Origin: a virus
Lineage: Duplodnaviria > Caudoviricetes
Virus record (IMG/VR): IMGVR_UViG_3300010355_001062
Location: 11,321-75,320 of that record
Direction: 5' to 3' (one strand)
Length of the DNA stretch: 64,000 nt
Numbering within the stretch: the first letter of the stretch is position 1; each line of letters opens with the position of its first letter. Below the pieces are notes generated by a model, which saw nothing but the letters and a program-made list of their open reading frames with translations, did not search any database and was not told where the DNA came from. A program made the translations under genes and the position numbers. Positions 19,411 to 28,705 of this stretch are shown in pieces.

Positions 19411-19441
19411 CAAAGATAATAATAATTATTCTAAAATCAAA
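19411..19441 (-). promoter_or_regulatory. Bacteroidota sigma-A type promoter
   Basis: TTTG-N19-TATCTTTG. Confidence 0.8.
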
Positions 19442-19958
19442 AATTATTTTTATTATTTTTAAAGAATTCCACATACTCAAAATATAATGCTTCTAGAGCT
19501 TGTGCAAAGAAGCTATCACGGACTGCTTCAGTCCTGCCGTGTTTACCAAAACTTCTGCGATCCTTATATGGAATATTTAAAGCTAAACATTCCTTACGCC
19601 ATAATTGCACCTGTAAGCTAGCGTAGCTTTTAGTTAACTCGTTTACCGCTGTTAGTAGATATATAAGAACAGCTGTGTAATCAGTTATATTAGCGCTATA
19701 AGTAACCAATTCGAATTTGCCTCTTTCGATACGAGTGATGGTAGTACTCTCGTCCATGAATTGAGCTAACAAACGTGCTATAGCAAAATAATTACTAGAT
19801 GTATAGCTAGCTATATCAATTATTAAACGATTACATATAGCTTGCTTTTCTCTAGGCGCTACTTTTAGTATACGCATAGCTATTTCAGCCCATTGTGAAT
19901 AATTAGACAATGGCATTTCGCTTATTCTTTCTAGCTCGACTTGTACTTCGCTTTTCAT
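19437..19958 (-). CDS. hypothetical protein
   Basis: 173 aa ORF. Confidence 0.7.
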   Translation of the reverse strand: MKSEVQVELERISEMPLSNYSQWAEIAMRILKVAPREKQAICNRLIIDIASYTSSNYFAIARLLAQFMDESTTITRIERGKFELVTYSANITDYTAVLIYLLTAVNELTKSYASLQVQLWRKECLALNIPYKDRRSFGKHGRTEAVRDSFFAQALEALYFEYVEFFKNNKNNF

Positions 19959-20131
19959 GTTTCGCTTTTGTCGGCTTCGTGCACACGTGTATATGCGCGT
20001 ACACGCGCGGGCCTTTATTAAATTTATAATATATTTTATTCATTATTAGATAATAAAAACAAAGATTTTATATCTCCAAATTTATTTTCAATTATTTTTA
20101 AAATAAATTTTTTTGTTTTATTTCTCCTAGG

Positions 20132-20289
20132 AATTTTAAGCTTCGCTTAAAATTAGTAATCGCAAGCGATTACTATAATAAATATACTAATCGCTTGCGA
20201 TTAGTATAGTTGCGCTACGCGCAACTCCATATTGAGCTGCAAGCTCTTAAAATATTTGTCTTTTATAATTATATAAGAGCTTCCAGCTC
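20132..20289. repeat. tandem array of six DNA hairpins; candidate replication origin
   Basis: Palindromes at 20132-20154, 20154-20175, 20183-20208, 20208-20226, 20234-20246, 20277-20289, all with GC(T)-N2-3-(A)GC tips. Confidence 0.75.
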
Positions 20290-20302
20290 AATATTTCCGA
20301 AG

Positions 20303-20530
20303 CTAAGTCGGCTTGATTTCGAAAGTTACGCTATCATTTGTCAAATAGACATTGCGAGCTAGCATATAGCCATGCATATAAGCTATAAATAGTCGGTTTA
20401 CTTGGCCTTGTTTATAGAAACTTTGTAAATGATATACTTCTTTAGCTTGTCTAGCTGGTTGCATATGGCTAAATAGCTTTTCGAACTCAGCTATAAGCTC
20501 GTGAAATTCCTTTGTGTCTGTGAATTGCAT
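20303..20530 (-). CDS. hypothetical protein
   Basis: 75 aa ORF. Confidence 0.6.
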   Translation of the reverse strand: MQFTDTKEFHELIAEFEKLFSHMQPARQAKEVYHLQSFYKQGQVNRLFIAYMHGYMLARNVYLTNDSVTFEIKPT

Positions 20531-20545
20531 AGTTGTGAATTAAAG

Positions 20546-20569
20546 CAGGGTCGGCAATTGCCGACCCTG
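20546..20569 (-). terminator. perfect GC-rich palindrome / terminator
   Basis: CAGGGTCGGCAATTGCCGACCCTG. Confidence 0.6.
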
Positions 20570-20611
20570 TACAACGATTAAAGTCCTGAGAAAAAGGGTT
20601 AGCAAGAAAAA

Positions 20612-20983
20612 TCAGTAAGTTGACATTGCTTCCATAAATCTTGGAAGCAATACAAATTTTTGGTCTTCTTGGCGTACTACTCCTTTCAGTAAAAGTGCCC
20701 TACTAGCAGCATACATTGTTTGATAAGGCAGATTGTACAGACGGGCAATATCGCTCAAGCCTAGTATGCAGGCTGGTTCATTATCGCCAAGTGTGTAAGG
20801 CAGTATACTGTAAGTCTGATATATAGCAGAAGCTAATTCCAGCTCACTGTTACGCAAATCCAACAATTGCGTAAGTCGCACCCTGTCTATGGACAGGGGC
20901 ACCGACGTTTGGTTATTAAGGTTATTGCCCATAGCTATTTTAGTTTTGATCATCCAATTTATAATAAATTTTCCATTTATCAA
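20612..20983 (-). CDS. putative winged-helix DNA-binding protein
   Basis: GLSDIARLYNLPYQTMYAASRALLLKGVV pattern; lies between DnaB-like gene and hairpin array. Confidence 0.5.
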   Translation of the reverse strand: MINGKFIINWMIKTKIAMGNNLNNQTSVPLSIDRVRLTQLLDLRNSELELASAIYQTYSILPYTLGDNEPACILGLSDIARLYNLPYQTMYAASRALLLKGVVRQEDQKFVLLPRFMEAMSTY

Positions 20984-21000
20984 AATTTTTATTGATAAAT

Positions 21001-22410
21001 TTATTTATCGTCTAAAGAATCGAAATTTATTTTAGACTTAAATGAGAATTCTGTAGTTGATTGAGGATTGGAATTACCACCGTTACTTTCATAAGCTTCT
21101 AACATAGCTTCTACCTCATCTTTATTCACTACTCCGAGTATTCTTTGTGTAGCTGGTTCGACTCTTATGTAGATCATATTTGCTCCATCGTCATCTTCTA
21201 CGCCTTCACGCTGAGTTACTGGAGCTAGTCGGCGTAGCCCTAGAGCTCTTTCTTCTTTAGTTCCTAGCAATGAGAATATGCCATGAGCGTGATGTACTTT
21301 AGCTATAGCTTGGCCAAGAGCTCCTTTATCGATGTATTTGTCGGATTTTATATACTCCGCTTTTATTTGTGATGCTGTCCATGAAGCCGTGCTATATTTC
21401 ATATTAACGCCTATCAAATCCAGATAAACTTGAGCGGCGTTCTTATGGCTTTCTCTTGTCATATGTACTGGAACCATATTATCAGCATAATCGTAGATAA
21501 TCATACCTATTATTATGCCTTGAGCAGCTAGCTCCTCCAGCTCCTCTTCAATATCCTGATATGTAGCTTGCCCTGGCCTAAACCCACGTATATATACATC
21601 ACAACCATATTCCTGTAGCATAGCTAGAGCTATCTCGGTAGCTTTGTCTATTGAATAGGTAGTGAATGAAGCTCCAGTGATATTCTGAGCTCCGCGTTGA
21701 TGTATATTAGCTACGCCGTTTTCAGTATCAATATAAAGTACATTGATTTTATTCATTAGAGCGAAATCGATACCCAACCCTAGTAGAGTCATTGTCTTCA
21801 ATGCTTTAGGTGGAGCAGCTAGCACGTATAGCTCAGGAGCATAAAAACCTCCCTTGGTGCGCCATGCATTTATCTCGTCGATGGAGCTTTTGTATACATT
21901 GTGCTTGGTAAAATTAGTAGCTGTTAGATTTATGTCAGCTAATAATCTACGCCTTTCTACTTGTTGATCAGTAGCTGTTATATTTGCTATACGCCCTAAT
22001 TCACGCGATAAGCCATTGATGTCAAATTCGGTATCAGCTGTTGTCATAGCTACCAGATGCTTATTGAATACAGCAAAAGCTTGTAGCTTCTGAGCCGTAC
22101 TTACAGCTAGTGGTTGTAGGTAACTAATATCCAAACGTGGTGGCTCGAATGCGCTGCGTATGATATTAGTTACATCGCCAAATACAGTCTCACTATCCAT
22201 GTGCAGACTAGCTGCATAATCGTTCATGAACATATATACTGTATCAAAGTTACTCGGTAATACTCCATACTTCGTATTATAAGCATCAAGTACCTGATAA
22301 GTGGCTCCTATTACAACGTCCCATGCATCCTTATGATATAAGCTGAATAGCTTAGGTCTAGTACGGATATAGCGCAATAAATCCAGCTGCAATTTTTCAT
22401 CGATTTCCAT
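21001..22410 (-). CDS. DnaB-like (SF4) replicative helicase
   Basis: AAPPKALKT P-loop variant, YIDTEN, IYDYAD, WTASQ. Confidence 0.8.
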   Translation of the reverse strand: MEIDEKLQLDLLRYIRTRPKLFSLYHKDAWDVVIGATYQVLDAYNTKYGVLPSNFDTVYMFMNDYAASLHMDSETVFGDVTNIIRSAFEPPRLDISYLQPLAVSTAQKLQAFAVFNKHLVAMTTADTEFDINGLSRELGRIANITATDQQVERRRLLADINLTATNFTKHNVYKSSIDEINAWRTKGGFYAPELYVLAAPPKALKTMTLLGLGIDFALMNKINVLYIDTENGVANIHQRGAQNITGASFTTYSIDKATEIALAMLQEYGCDVYIRGFRPGQATYQDIEEELEELAAQGIIIGMIIYDYADNMVPVHMTRESHKNAAQVYLDLIGVNMKYSTASWTASQIKAEYIKSDKYIDKGALGQAIAKVHHAHGIFSLLGTKEERALGLRRLAPVTQREGVEDDDGANMIYIRVEPATQRILGVVNKDEVEAMLEAYESNGGNSNPQSTTEFSFKSKINFDSLDDK

Positions 22411-22426
22411 TCATTATAAATTTTAT

Positions 22427-22504
22427 CAAAAATAAAAAATTTATCTGATAATAGAAAATAATTTTAAACAAATTTGGATTATTCAATCTTTTATCTTATA
22501 TTTA
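22427..22504. promoter_or_regulatory. divergent promoter pair
   Basis: Minus -7 TATTTTTG at 22427-22434; plus TTTG-N20-TATATTTA at 22473-22504. Confidence 0.6.
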
Positions 22505-22508
22505 GCTT

Positions 22509-23018
22509 ATGGAAAACAATTTATTAAACAAAGCTTTTCCAGGAGCTAGGACTGGAAAATCCAAGACAGGAGCTAATTCCCGCAAGAAAGGTGTGGATAA
22601 TGAAAAAGTACTAGCTAAAAAATTAACTGAGTGGGTAGGTGTTAAATTCATGCGAACTCCAGGTAGTGGTAGCTTAGGTAAGATGGCACGTTTTATGAGC
22701 ATGGATATTATGATTACGGAGGGCCATTTCCCATTCGGTATAGAGACAAAACGTTACAAGGATATGGGGCGCACTAAGCTACTAAGAGTATGGGAAAAAG
22801 CTAAGACTGAGCACGAATTCCCGTTGCTTTTTGTAAAGCTAGATGGTATGCGCCATTGGTGGGTATACACTGATAAAGATTTAGGCTTGCCTATCGATCA
22901 TACGATAGCTGATTTGCATGGTTATTCTTCTAATGAACTGTTTAAAATCAATTATAATGACTTCACAACTTTTTGCTCAAATCTCTACGGTACTAGCGAG
23001 CACCGATATGGCGCTTGA
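22509..23018 (+). CDS. Holliday junction resolvase-like PD-(D/E)xK nuclease
   Basis: SRKKG...E, RTPGSG, D...F.FGIETKRY. Confidence 0.75.
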   Translation: MENNLLNKAFPGARTGKSKTGANSRKKGVDNEKVLAKKLTEWVGVKFMRTPGSGSLGKMARFMSMDIMITEGHFPFGIETKRYKDMGRTKLLRVWEKAKTEHEFPLLFVKLDGMRHWWVYTDKDLGLPIDHTIADLHGYSSNELFKINYNDFTTFCSNLYGTSEHRYGA

Positions 23019-23508
23019 TGCTGGTACGGTTAAAAGCATTAGCGAGGCATTGCTTAATCAAGAGCTGCTATCAAGTGCTTTGAAATTCTATGGCTTGAAG
23101 GAAATTCCAGGCCCAGCTTCCAGCCCCACAATCACTTCATGGTTGGCTAAATGGCTGAAAATAGCTAACGTCAAAGCTTCCAAAAACGACGACCAAACGG
23201 CTTGGTGTTCAGTTTTCGTGAATGAGATTGCTGAACAGTGTGATTGCACATTTAGCGGTAAGATCAACGCACGTTCCTGGCTTGATGTTGGCCAAGAAGT
23301 GGCTATGGACGAGGCAATGCCTGGTGATGTAGTTATCCTATGGCGTGTTAAACCTTCGAGCTGGGAAGGCCATGTGGGATTTTTCGTGCGCAAAGGCCCT
23401 GGCGTAGTATGGATGCTGGGTGGCAATCAGTCAAACCAGGTCAATATCATGTCTTTCAAAGACAGTCAGGTATTGGGCATTCGGCGCCTAGCTAAAATCG
23501 CTAAATAA
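23009..23508 (+). CDS. TIGR02594-like NlpC/P60 peptidoglycan hydrolase (probable endolysin)
   Basis: YGLKEIPG, DDQTAWCSVFV, ARSW, PGDVVILWR, GHVGFF, LGGNQSN; start moved to ATG 23009 (track: 22918). Confidence 0.85.
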
Positions 23509-23636
23509 TGTTCTGGTACGGCGTACTCACAGGAGTAGTGAGCACAGTCTTATTAGCCATCTTATTCTTATATGGGTTGCGCAAAGGATTAGTGCAGCTT
23601 ATATCTGATGCTATAGGAAGGTTGCTAGGACTATAA
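23508..23636 (+). CDS. 42-aa single-TM membrane peptide (holin/lysis accessory candidate)
   Basis: Not in track; TAATG overlap with endolysin; MFWYGVLTGVVSTVLLAILFLYGLRKGLVQLISDAIGRLLGL. Confidence 0.65.
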   Translation: MFWYGVLTGVVSTVLLAILFLYGLRKGLVQLISDAIGRLLGL

Positions 23637-23668
23637 AAAAAGGGTCGATAACCGAAGCTACCGACCCT
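23635..23668. terminator. terminator between convergent genes
   Basis: A7 followed by AGGGTCG...CGACCCT stem. Confidence 0.65.
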
Positions 23669-23690
23669 CTATACCATGATGTGAAATGGA

Positions 23691-24281
23691 TCATTCAATA
23701 CTTTGAATACCAGCTTCTTGAGCCTCTTTTGCTGGCACTAAACTTACCTGATCTAATATAAAGCTAGTTCTAGGGGTTATCAAACACATTAGAACATAGT
23801 TCACTCCGATCAGAATCTTGCCGAATAATGGAGCTACGCAGATATTCAACTCGGCGCAATTGGTTAGCGCGAACGCTACTATACCGAGTACGAATTGCAC
23901 CAGCAAGAATACTTGCGGATTTTTAACCCTGAATTTATCGAGTATACCCGCTAAGAGAGTTTGTAGCAAATCAGGCTTATCCCTAGTAGTAAGTGAATTA
24001 CCATAAGTGCCTTGGTTATAGGCCATGAGTACTGAAGCGGTCTTCGATGATAGCAGGACTACCAGAATATAGTTGGCTATTAGCAACACCTTACCGAATA
24101 GCGAATTGACGCAAACGCCTATTTCCTGACAGTTGGTAAGTGCATAAACAATTACGCCGAGAGCAAACTGTATCAACAGGAATAGTCCCGGATTGTTTAC
24201 TCTGAACTTGGAGAGAATACCGGCCAATAAAGTCTGAATCATATCAGGCTTTTGGTCTACGGGAGCGAGTGCCTTTGACAT
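23691..24281 (-). CDS. internally duplicated 4-TM membrane protein (holin-like)
   Basis: Two ~75 aa repeats KPD..QTLLAGIL.KFRV.NP..FLL.QF.LG...ALTNC....C. Confidence 0.65.
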   Translation of the reverse strand: MSKALAPVDQKPDMIQTLLAGILSKFRVNNPGLFLLIQFALGVIVYALTNCQEIGVCVNSLFGKVLLIANYILVVLLSSKTASVLMAYNQGTYGNSLTTRDKPDLLQTLLAGILDKFRVKNPQVFLLVQFVLGIVAFALTNCAELNICVAPLFGKILIGVNYVLMCLITPRTSFILDQVSLVPAKEAQEAGIQSIE

Positions 24282-24621
24282 TGCTTGTTTGTATTTTAGT
24301 ATTACTTAAATTATTTTCCAGAGCTTCTATACGTAACTCTAGCTCATCGATGTGCTTCAGTAGTCGTTCGTTAAAGAACTTTTCGGTTGCTAAAGCTTTT
24401 TCCAAAGATATTACATGCTCAGCTTTTGAAGCTTCGGATGCCTTTATCTTCATCAAGGTGAAGCGAGTATATACAGCGCCTACTGTTGTTATAATCGTAG
24501 CTACTCCGCTAACGATAACAGCGGTATCACTTACTAGTACTGATAGTATAATCATATCCAAGTAATTCAGGGATAAGCGCGCCACCAAACCCATAATATT
24601 CGTCACGACCTTTGATTCCAA
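24244..24621 (-). CDS. TM plus coiled-coil protein (holin/inner spanin candidate)
   Basis: Hydrophobic AVIVSGVATIITTVGAVY then heptad-rich segment and basic tail. Confidence 0.55.
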   Translation of the reverse strand: MESKVVTNIMGLVARLSLNYLDMIILSVLVSDTAVIVSGVATIITTVGAVYTRFTLMKIKASEASKAEHVISLEKALATEKFFNERLLKHIDELELRIEALENNLSNTKIQTSNVKGTRSRRPKA

Positions 24622-25549
24622 GGTCGAGTGTAGCTTCAGGCAGACGCTTATACAGTTCTTTGAAATCTTGTTTTACTGAACCGTATAGAGCAATTATAGC
24701 CCCTATGTGCGGTGTAGCCATTGAAGTACCTGAAAGTACCTCGAAACCTTCATTTGGGTATGTTGACAGAATACCGTCGCCTGGCGCAGCTACGAAAACC
24801 TGTGGCCCGAAAGTACTAAAAGCACTACGTATATTTCCCTTCGATAACGAAGCTACACCTAAAGTATACTTGGAACAGCCCGGGTAGTTAACGCCTCTGC
24901 GATAACTATTACCAGTAGCAGCTACTGAGATAATGCCTAGCTCGTGCGCTTGGCGAAGTAATTTATCCGTAGCTGCCCATACAGATGTCCCACCTCCCAA
25001 AGAAAAGGAAAATATTATACATTCTCCACGATCAATGTATTTTTTCGAGTCACTGATAGCCCAACTTATACCAGCATTGATACCGAATTGTGTACCCACA
25101 TTTTTATGAAGTACTTTTACAGGTATTACGCCGATCAAATTCTTTTCAACAAGTACTTTACATATACCTAGTTCGAAATCAGTTACTCCGATATAAGAAC
25201 CAGCTACATGTGTTCCGTGACCATCTACATCAGCAACACCGCCACCAGTAAAATCTTTACCCTTAAGCGCTTTCAAGCAACTATGTGAGTATTCGCCAGC
25301 TGTGTCGAAGATATAAACTTTAACTTTGTGTTTAGCTACTTTTTGCAAGTAACTCTCTACTTTATCGGCGCCTAGCGCTGTGTAAGCCCAATTACCCATT
25401 TCGCCCATAGGTATAAGCTGTGGCATGGTTTCTATTGGGTCAATTACCACATCGTATTTTTTCTCCATCAGGTCAGCTACTAATCGCTTACCTATTAGTT
25501 CAATACGATCTTTCCCCCTGAAAGGGGAATTCATAATATATTGGATCAT
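24527..25549 (-). CDS. subtilisin-like S8 serine protease
   Basis: FDTA (Asp), GHGTHVAG (His), AATGN, GTSMATP (Ser); no signal peptide seen. Confidence 0.92.
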   Translation of the reverse strand: MIQYIMNSPFRGKDRIELIGKRLVADLMEKKYDVVIDPIETMPQLIPMGEMGNWAYTALGADKVESYLQKVAKHKVKVYIFDTAGEYSHSCLKALKGKDFTGGGVADVDGHGTHVAGSYIGVTDFELGICKVLVEKNLIGVIPVKVLHKNVGTQFGINAGISWAISDSKKYIDRGECIIFSFSLGGGTSVWAATDKLLRQAHELGIISVAATGNSYRRGVNYPGCSKYTLGVASLSKGNIRSAFSTFGPQVFVAAPGDGILSTYPNEGFEVLSGTSMATPHIGAIIALYGSVKQDFKELYKRLPEATLDLGIKGRDEYYGFGGALIPELLGYDYTISTSK

Positions 25550-25571
25550 CGAGCCTAGGTTTATAGGTTTA

Positions 25572-25641
25572 GAGCCTAATCAATTTCTTTTCCCTTAATC
25601 AATAGGGAATAAGGATAAAGAGAATAAAATTGATTAGGCTC
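25572..25641. repeat. intergenic inverted-repeat element, GAGCCTAATC family
   Basis: Perfect 15-bp arms GAGCCTAATCAATTT / AAATTGATTAGGCTC. Confidence 0.8.
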
Positions 25642-25652
25642 GATTATATTTA

Positions 25653-26474
25653 TTAAAATTTATCAGCCATTATGGTTATTGCTTGAGAAGCAGGCCCACC
25701 ATATTGACCATTCGAGTTATTCTCACCGCCGTGCCATAACCAGATAGCTTTACAAGGTTGCCATTTGAATTCAACTGGAGGGCATTCTTGTACAAACAAC
25801 TGATTACCTTTCCTATCGGTAGCCCAAATAATCGGATGTATTTTATCCTTTTCTTTGCGTAGCCATTGTACATACAATCGGTAAACCACACGCACATCAA
25901 ATACAATAGGGCTGGAACGAATAAAAAATGCTTTATCGATATTCTGGTACACACAAAGCTCTAGCTTGAATGAGTCCTTGGCACATCGTCCTGCTACCAT
26001 CAAACCATTTTTATCGTTTGGCTCGAGTAACGGGCTTAGTCCGAATAGCTTATAGCTCCAGTCGTGAATATCCTGATCTTGAGTACCATCGGGCAGCATC
26101 CAGTCATACCAGCAGCTAGGCGTGAATTCGAAAGCGGCTCTTGGTGCTGATTTACCACCAAATAACCAATAAATAGAAGGAGCTACAGTTTTAGGTTTGA
26201 AATCATTGGCGCCTGGTTCACATACGTAAGTGGGTAGTTGCTTAGCAGTCTGCGCTCTGACCTGAGTATTACGTAAGTAATGTGGTACTATTGTGTCCTG
26301 AGTGAAAAAAGGCAGTACAGCAGGAGCTGTGTGGTACTCGGTCGTAGTAATATAATTACGAGATACACTACCACTGTAATCAGCAGTAGGGTGCATAGGA
26401 TGACGTCGAACTGTTCCACTAGCCTGGCTAAATAACTGCAGGCTCGAAAGCATAAATAGAATGAGTAAGCGCAT
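25653..26474 (-). CDS. signal-peptide protein of unknown function
   Basis: MRLLILFMLSSLQLFS-Q leader; beta-rich C-terminal domain. Confidence 0.7.
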   Translation of the reverse strand: MRLLILFMLSSLQLFSQASGTVRRHPMHPTADYSGSVSRNYITTTEYHTAPAVLPFFTQDTIVPHYLRNTQVRAQTAKQLPTYVCEPGANDFKPKTVAPSIYWLFGGKSAPRAAFEFTPSCWYDWMLPDGTQDQDIHDWSYKLFGLSPLLEPNDKNGLMVAGRCAKDSFKLELCVYQNIDKAFFIRSSPIVFDVRVVYRLYVQWLRKEKDKIHPIIWATDRKGNQLFVQECPPVEFKWQPCKAIWLWHGGENNSNGQYGGPASQAITIMADKF

Positions 26475-26492
26475 AGTTTATGATTTAGCGGG

Positions 26493-28703
26493 TTAATTAT
26501 CTTTCAAAAAGTAGTCCACAGTAATGCTGGCTGAGGTTAAGCAATTACAAGCTAGACTAAGCACCTGAATAGTAGCGCTGGTAGTTGACTTGGAAGTAAC
26601 TGCCACCACCACATATAACGAGCTTCTTGATATAGGTTGAAATGTATAGGAAACATCGGGCATAGTAGTAGCGAATGTCACAGTGGCGTTACCTCCACCA
26701 TCTACAGACACGCCAACTTCCCGACTTTCTTCTACCCTAACTGTTTCAAAAGCTGATGTAGCGGCGCTACCAGTACCAGTCCAAACTGGAATTGACTTTA
26801 CACCTGTTGTGTATGATGGATTAGTGGCAGGTAATGGGTAGCCATCATTAATAATTACACTTCCGGTAGAACGTAGGTTTATCTTACTATAATTACTAGA
26901 CCCTATACTTATTTCACCGATTTCATCAGCTAGAGAGTTTCTACCAATGGCAATGGTGTGATCTGTTGTTGCATCAGCATTGTGGCCCAACCCAATTGCG
27001 TATTGCCCGCTCGTATTAGAACTATAACCTAACGCCATCATAAAATTAGTCCCAGAAGAATTGGCTGTAGCGATTCCACCTATTGCTATATTACCTGTAC
27101 CTCCATTTGTACCGTTTAATGTACCGTTCAGAATTGTGTGGTAGTTATCAAAACTAGGGGCAGTAATACCAGAAGCCCCGTTTCCAGGGTTATACATTAA
27201 TAATGAGGTATTGGAACTTTTGAATATAGTTTTATTTAGGTAAGCGCTGTCATTAGTGATTCTAAAAACATTACCAGACCCATTTTGTATTCTAAAGCTT
27301 CCTCTAAAATAGCTAGAATCCCCTTGAGCATGGTGTACAAAACTAATACGTCCACCGTTAGGGTTTTCTGGTTTTTGCATTTGGAATTTACCATCAGTAA
27401 AAATGGTAAGATTATTGGCAGCTCCTCCGTTACGTCTATGAGTGAATGATGGTTGTGTAGCACTTACACCCATACGACTAAAGAAAACAAACTCCCCACC
27501 TCTTGTATAATTATGACCTCCCCGGAATTCATGGGATACCCCAATATCACTACTACCATGAACCAAATCTTCAATCCAGCCAAACGTGGGTACAGAGTCG
27601 TAGCGTAGTACCTGTGGCCAAATATACCCTATACGTGGTGTATATACCCCATGAGCAAAAGCAAATCCATTAGAATTTGTATAGGAACCCCATAAATTAC
27701 GAAAATCATACTCCCACCAAACTTTAGCTCCTTTAGTAGTATTAAACATACCTATAGAAGGAGCAAAGCCCCCATCATTATGTAAGTCTATCCCACGAGT
27801 ATTAGTGAAAGTAAGTCCTTCATTATTGGCGTCGTAATTAAGCTGCCCTGCTTGCATAGCTGCCCCTAAAGCAGATACAACATCTCCGGTACTTTTAATA
27901 CCATCTGGTATGTCACTAACTATGTCAACTTTCCAACGATGCTGATCATATACATTATCATATACAGCTTTAATTATAGCTTTTTGTCCTTTAGTAAGTG
28001 TATAGGTTGAGGCTATGTTACTATAAGTCCCATTACTTAACATTGAAAGCTGTACTGCGTTTGAATCAGCTTTCACATTATAAGTAACTCCTTCGTATTC
28101 TTCAACCGGAAAAGGTATTGATAAAAAAGCTACATTAGCTAAAGCGGAGCGGCTAATAGCTGCTATATCAATATTATTGAACTTAGCTGCTGGGTTAACT
28201 ATAGCTGCATCTACAATATAAGTACCGCCTGTTGCTTTTACAGTAGTATCCTTTTTAGAGACTTCAGCACTACCCAGCATACTTGTTAGTCGGTAATTGT
28301 AGACTTGCTGATCTGCTTGAACAAGCCCTGCAATGTATTGAGAATAACCATTAGCGCCTAAGCGATATATAGCACCAGTACCCGTAGGTACAGCTCCTAC
28401 ACCAGTGATTCCTACATTAGATACTTTAACAACAAATGATGGGGGAAATGCAGATACTATTTCAGTAATCGGCAAATGATAGCCGTAGCCACTATCGACA
28501 AAGAACAAATAATCTCCCACTGCAATAGAACCAGAGTCATAAAGCCCTGATTCATCGGTGAAAGTTCCAGATACTTGCCAGTACCCGGAACCACCACCTG
28601 ATTGTGCACCAGAATACTTACCCACTAGTGTGGTAGTATCCTGCATCTGAGCGTAAGCTATTCCACTAATAAGCAGAAGAGCTACTAACAGTAAATTTCT
28701 CAT
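26493..28703 (-). CDS. tail fibre/adhesin-like protein with signal peptide
   Basis: MRNLLLVALLLISGIAYA-Q; YadA-head-like repeats ALGYSSNTSGQYAIGLGHNADATTDHTIAIGRNS; Gly/Ser/Thr-rich. Confidence 0.7.
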   Translation of the reverse strand: MRNLLLVALLLISGIAYAQMQDTTTLVGKYSGAQSGGGSGYWQVSGTFTDESGLYDSGSIAVGDYLFFVDSGYGYHLPITEIVSAFPPSFVVKVSNVGITGVGAVPTGTGAIYRLGANGYSQYIAGLVQADQQVYNYRLTSMLGSAEVSKKDTTVKATGGTYIVDAAIVNPAAKFNNIDIAAISRSALANVAFLSIPFPVEEYEGVTYNVKADSNAVQLSMLSNGTYSNIASTYTLTKGQKAIIKAVYDNVYDQHRWKVDIVSDIPDGIKSTGDVVSALGAAMQAGQLNYDANNEGLTFTNTRGIDLHNDGGFAPSIGMFNTTKGAKVWWEYDFRNLWGSYTNSNGFAFAHGVYTPRIGYIWPQVLRYDSVPTFGWIEDLVHGSSDIGVSHEFRGGHNYTRGGEFVFFSRMGVSATQPSFTHRRNGGAANNLTIFTDGKFQMQKPENPNGGRISFVHHAQGDSSYFRGSFRIQNGSGNVFRITNDSAYLNKTIFKSSNTSLLMYNPGNGASGITAPSFDNYHTILNGTLNGTNGGTGNIAIGGIATANSSGTNFMMALGYSSNTSGQYAIGLGHNADATTDHTIAIGRNSLADEIGEISIGSSNYSKINLRSTGSVIINDGYPLPATNPSYTTGVKSIPVWTGTGSAATSAFETVRVEESREVGVSVDGGGNATVTFATTMPDVSYTFQPISRSSLYVVVAVTSKSTTSATIQVLSLACNCLTSASITVDYFLKDN

Positions 28704-28705
28704 AG

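Noticed and set aside
19388-19480. N-terminal extension of the UvrD-like helicase
   Set aside because: Overlaps its promoter and the upstream gene; low-complexity translation
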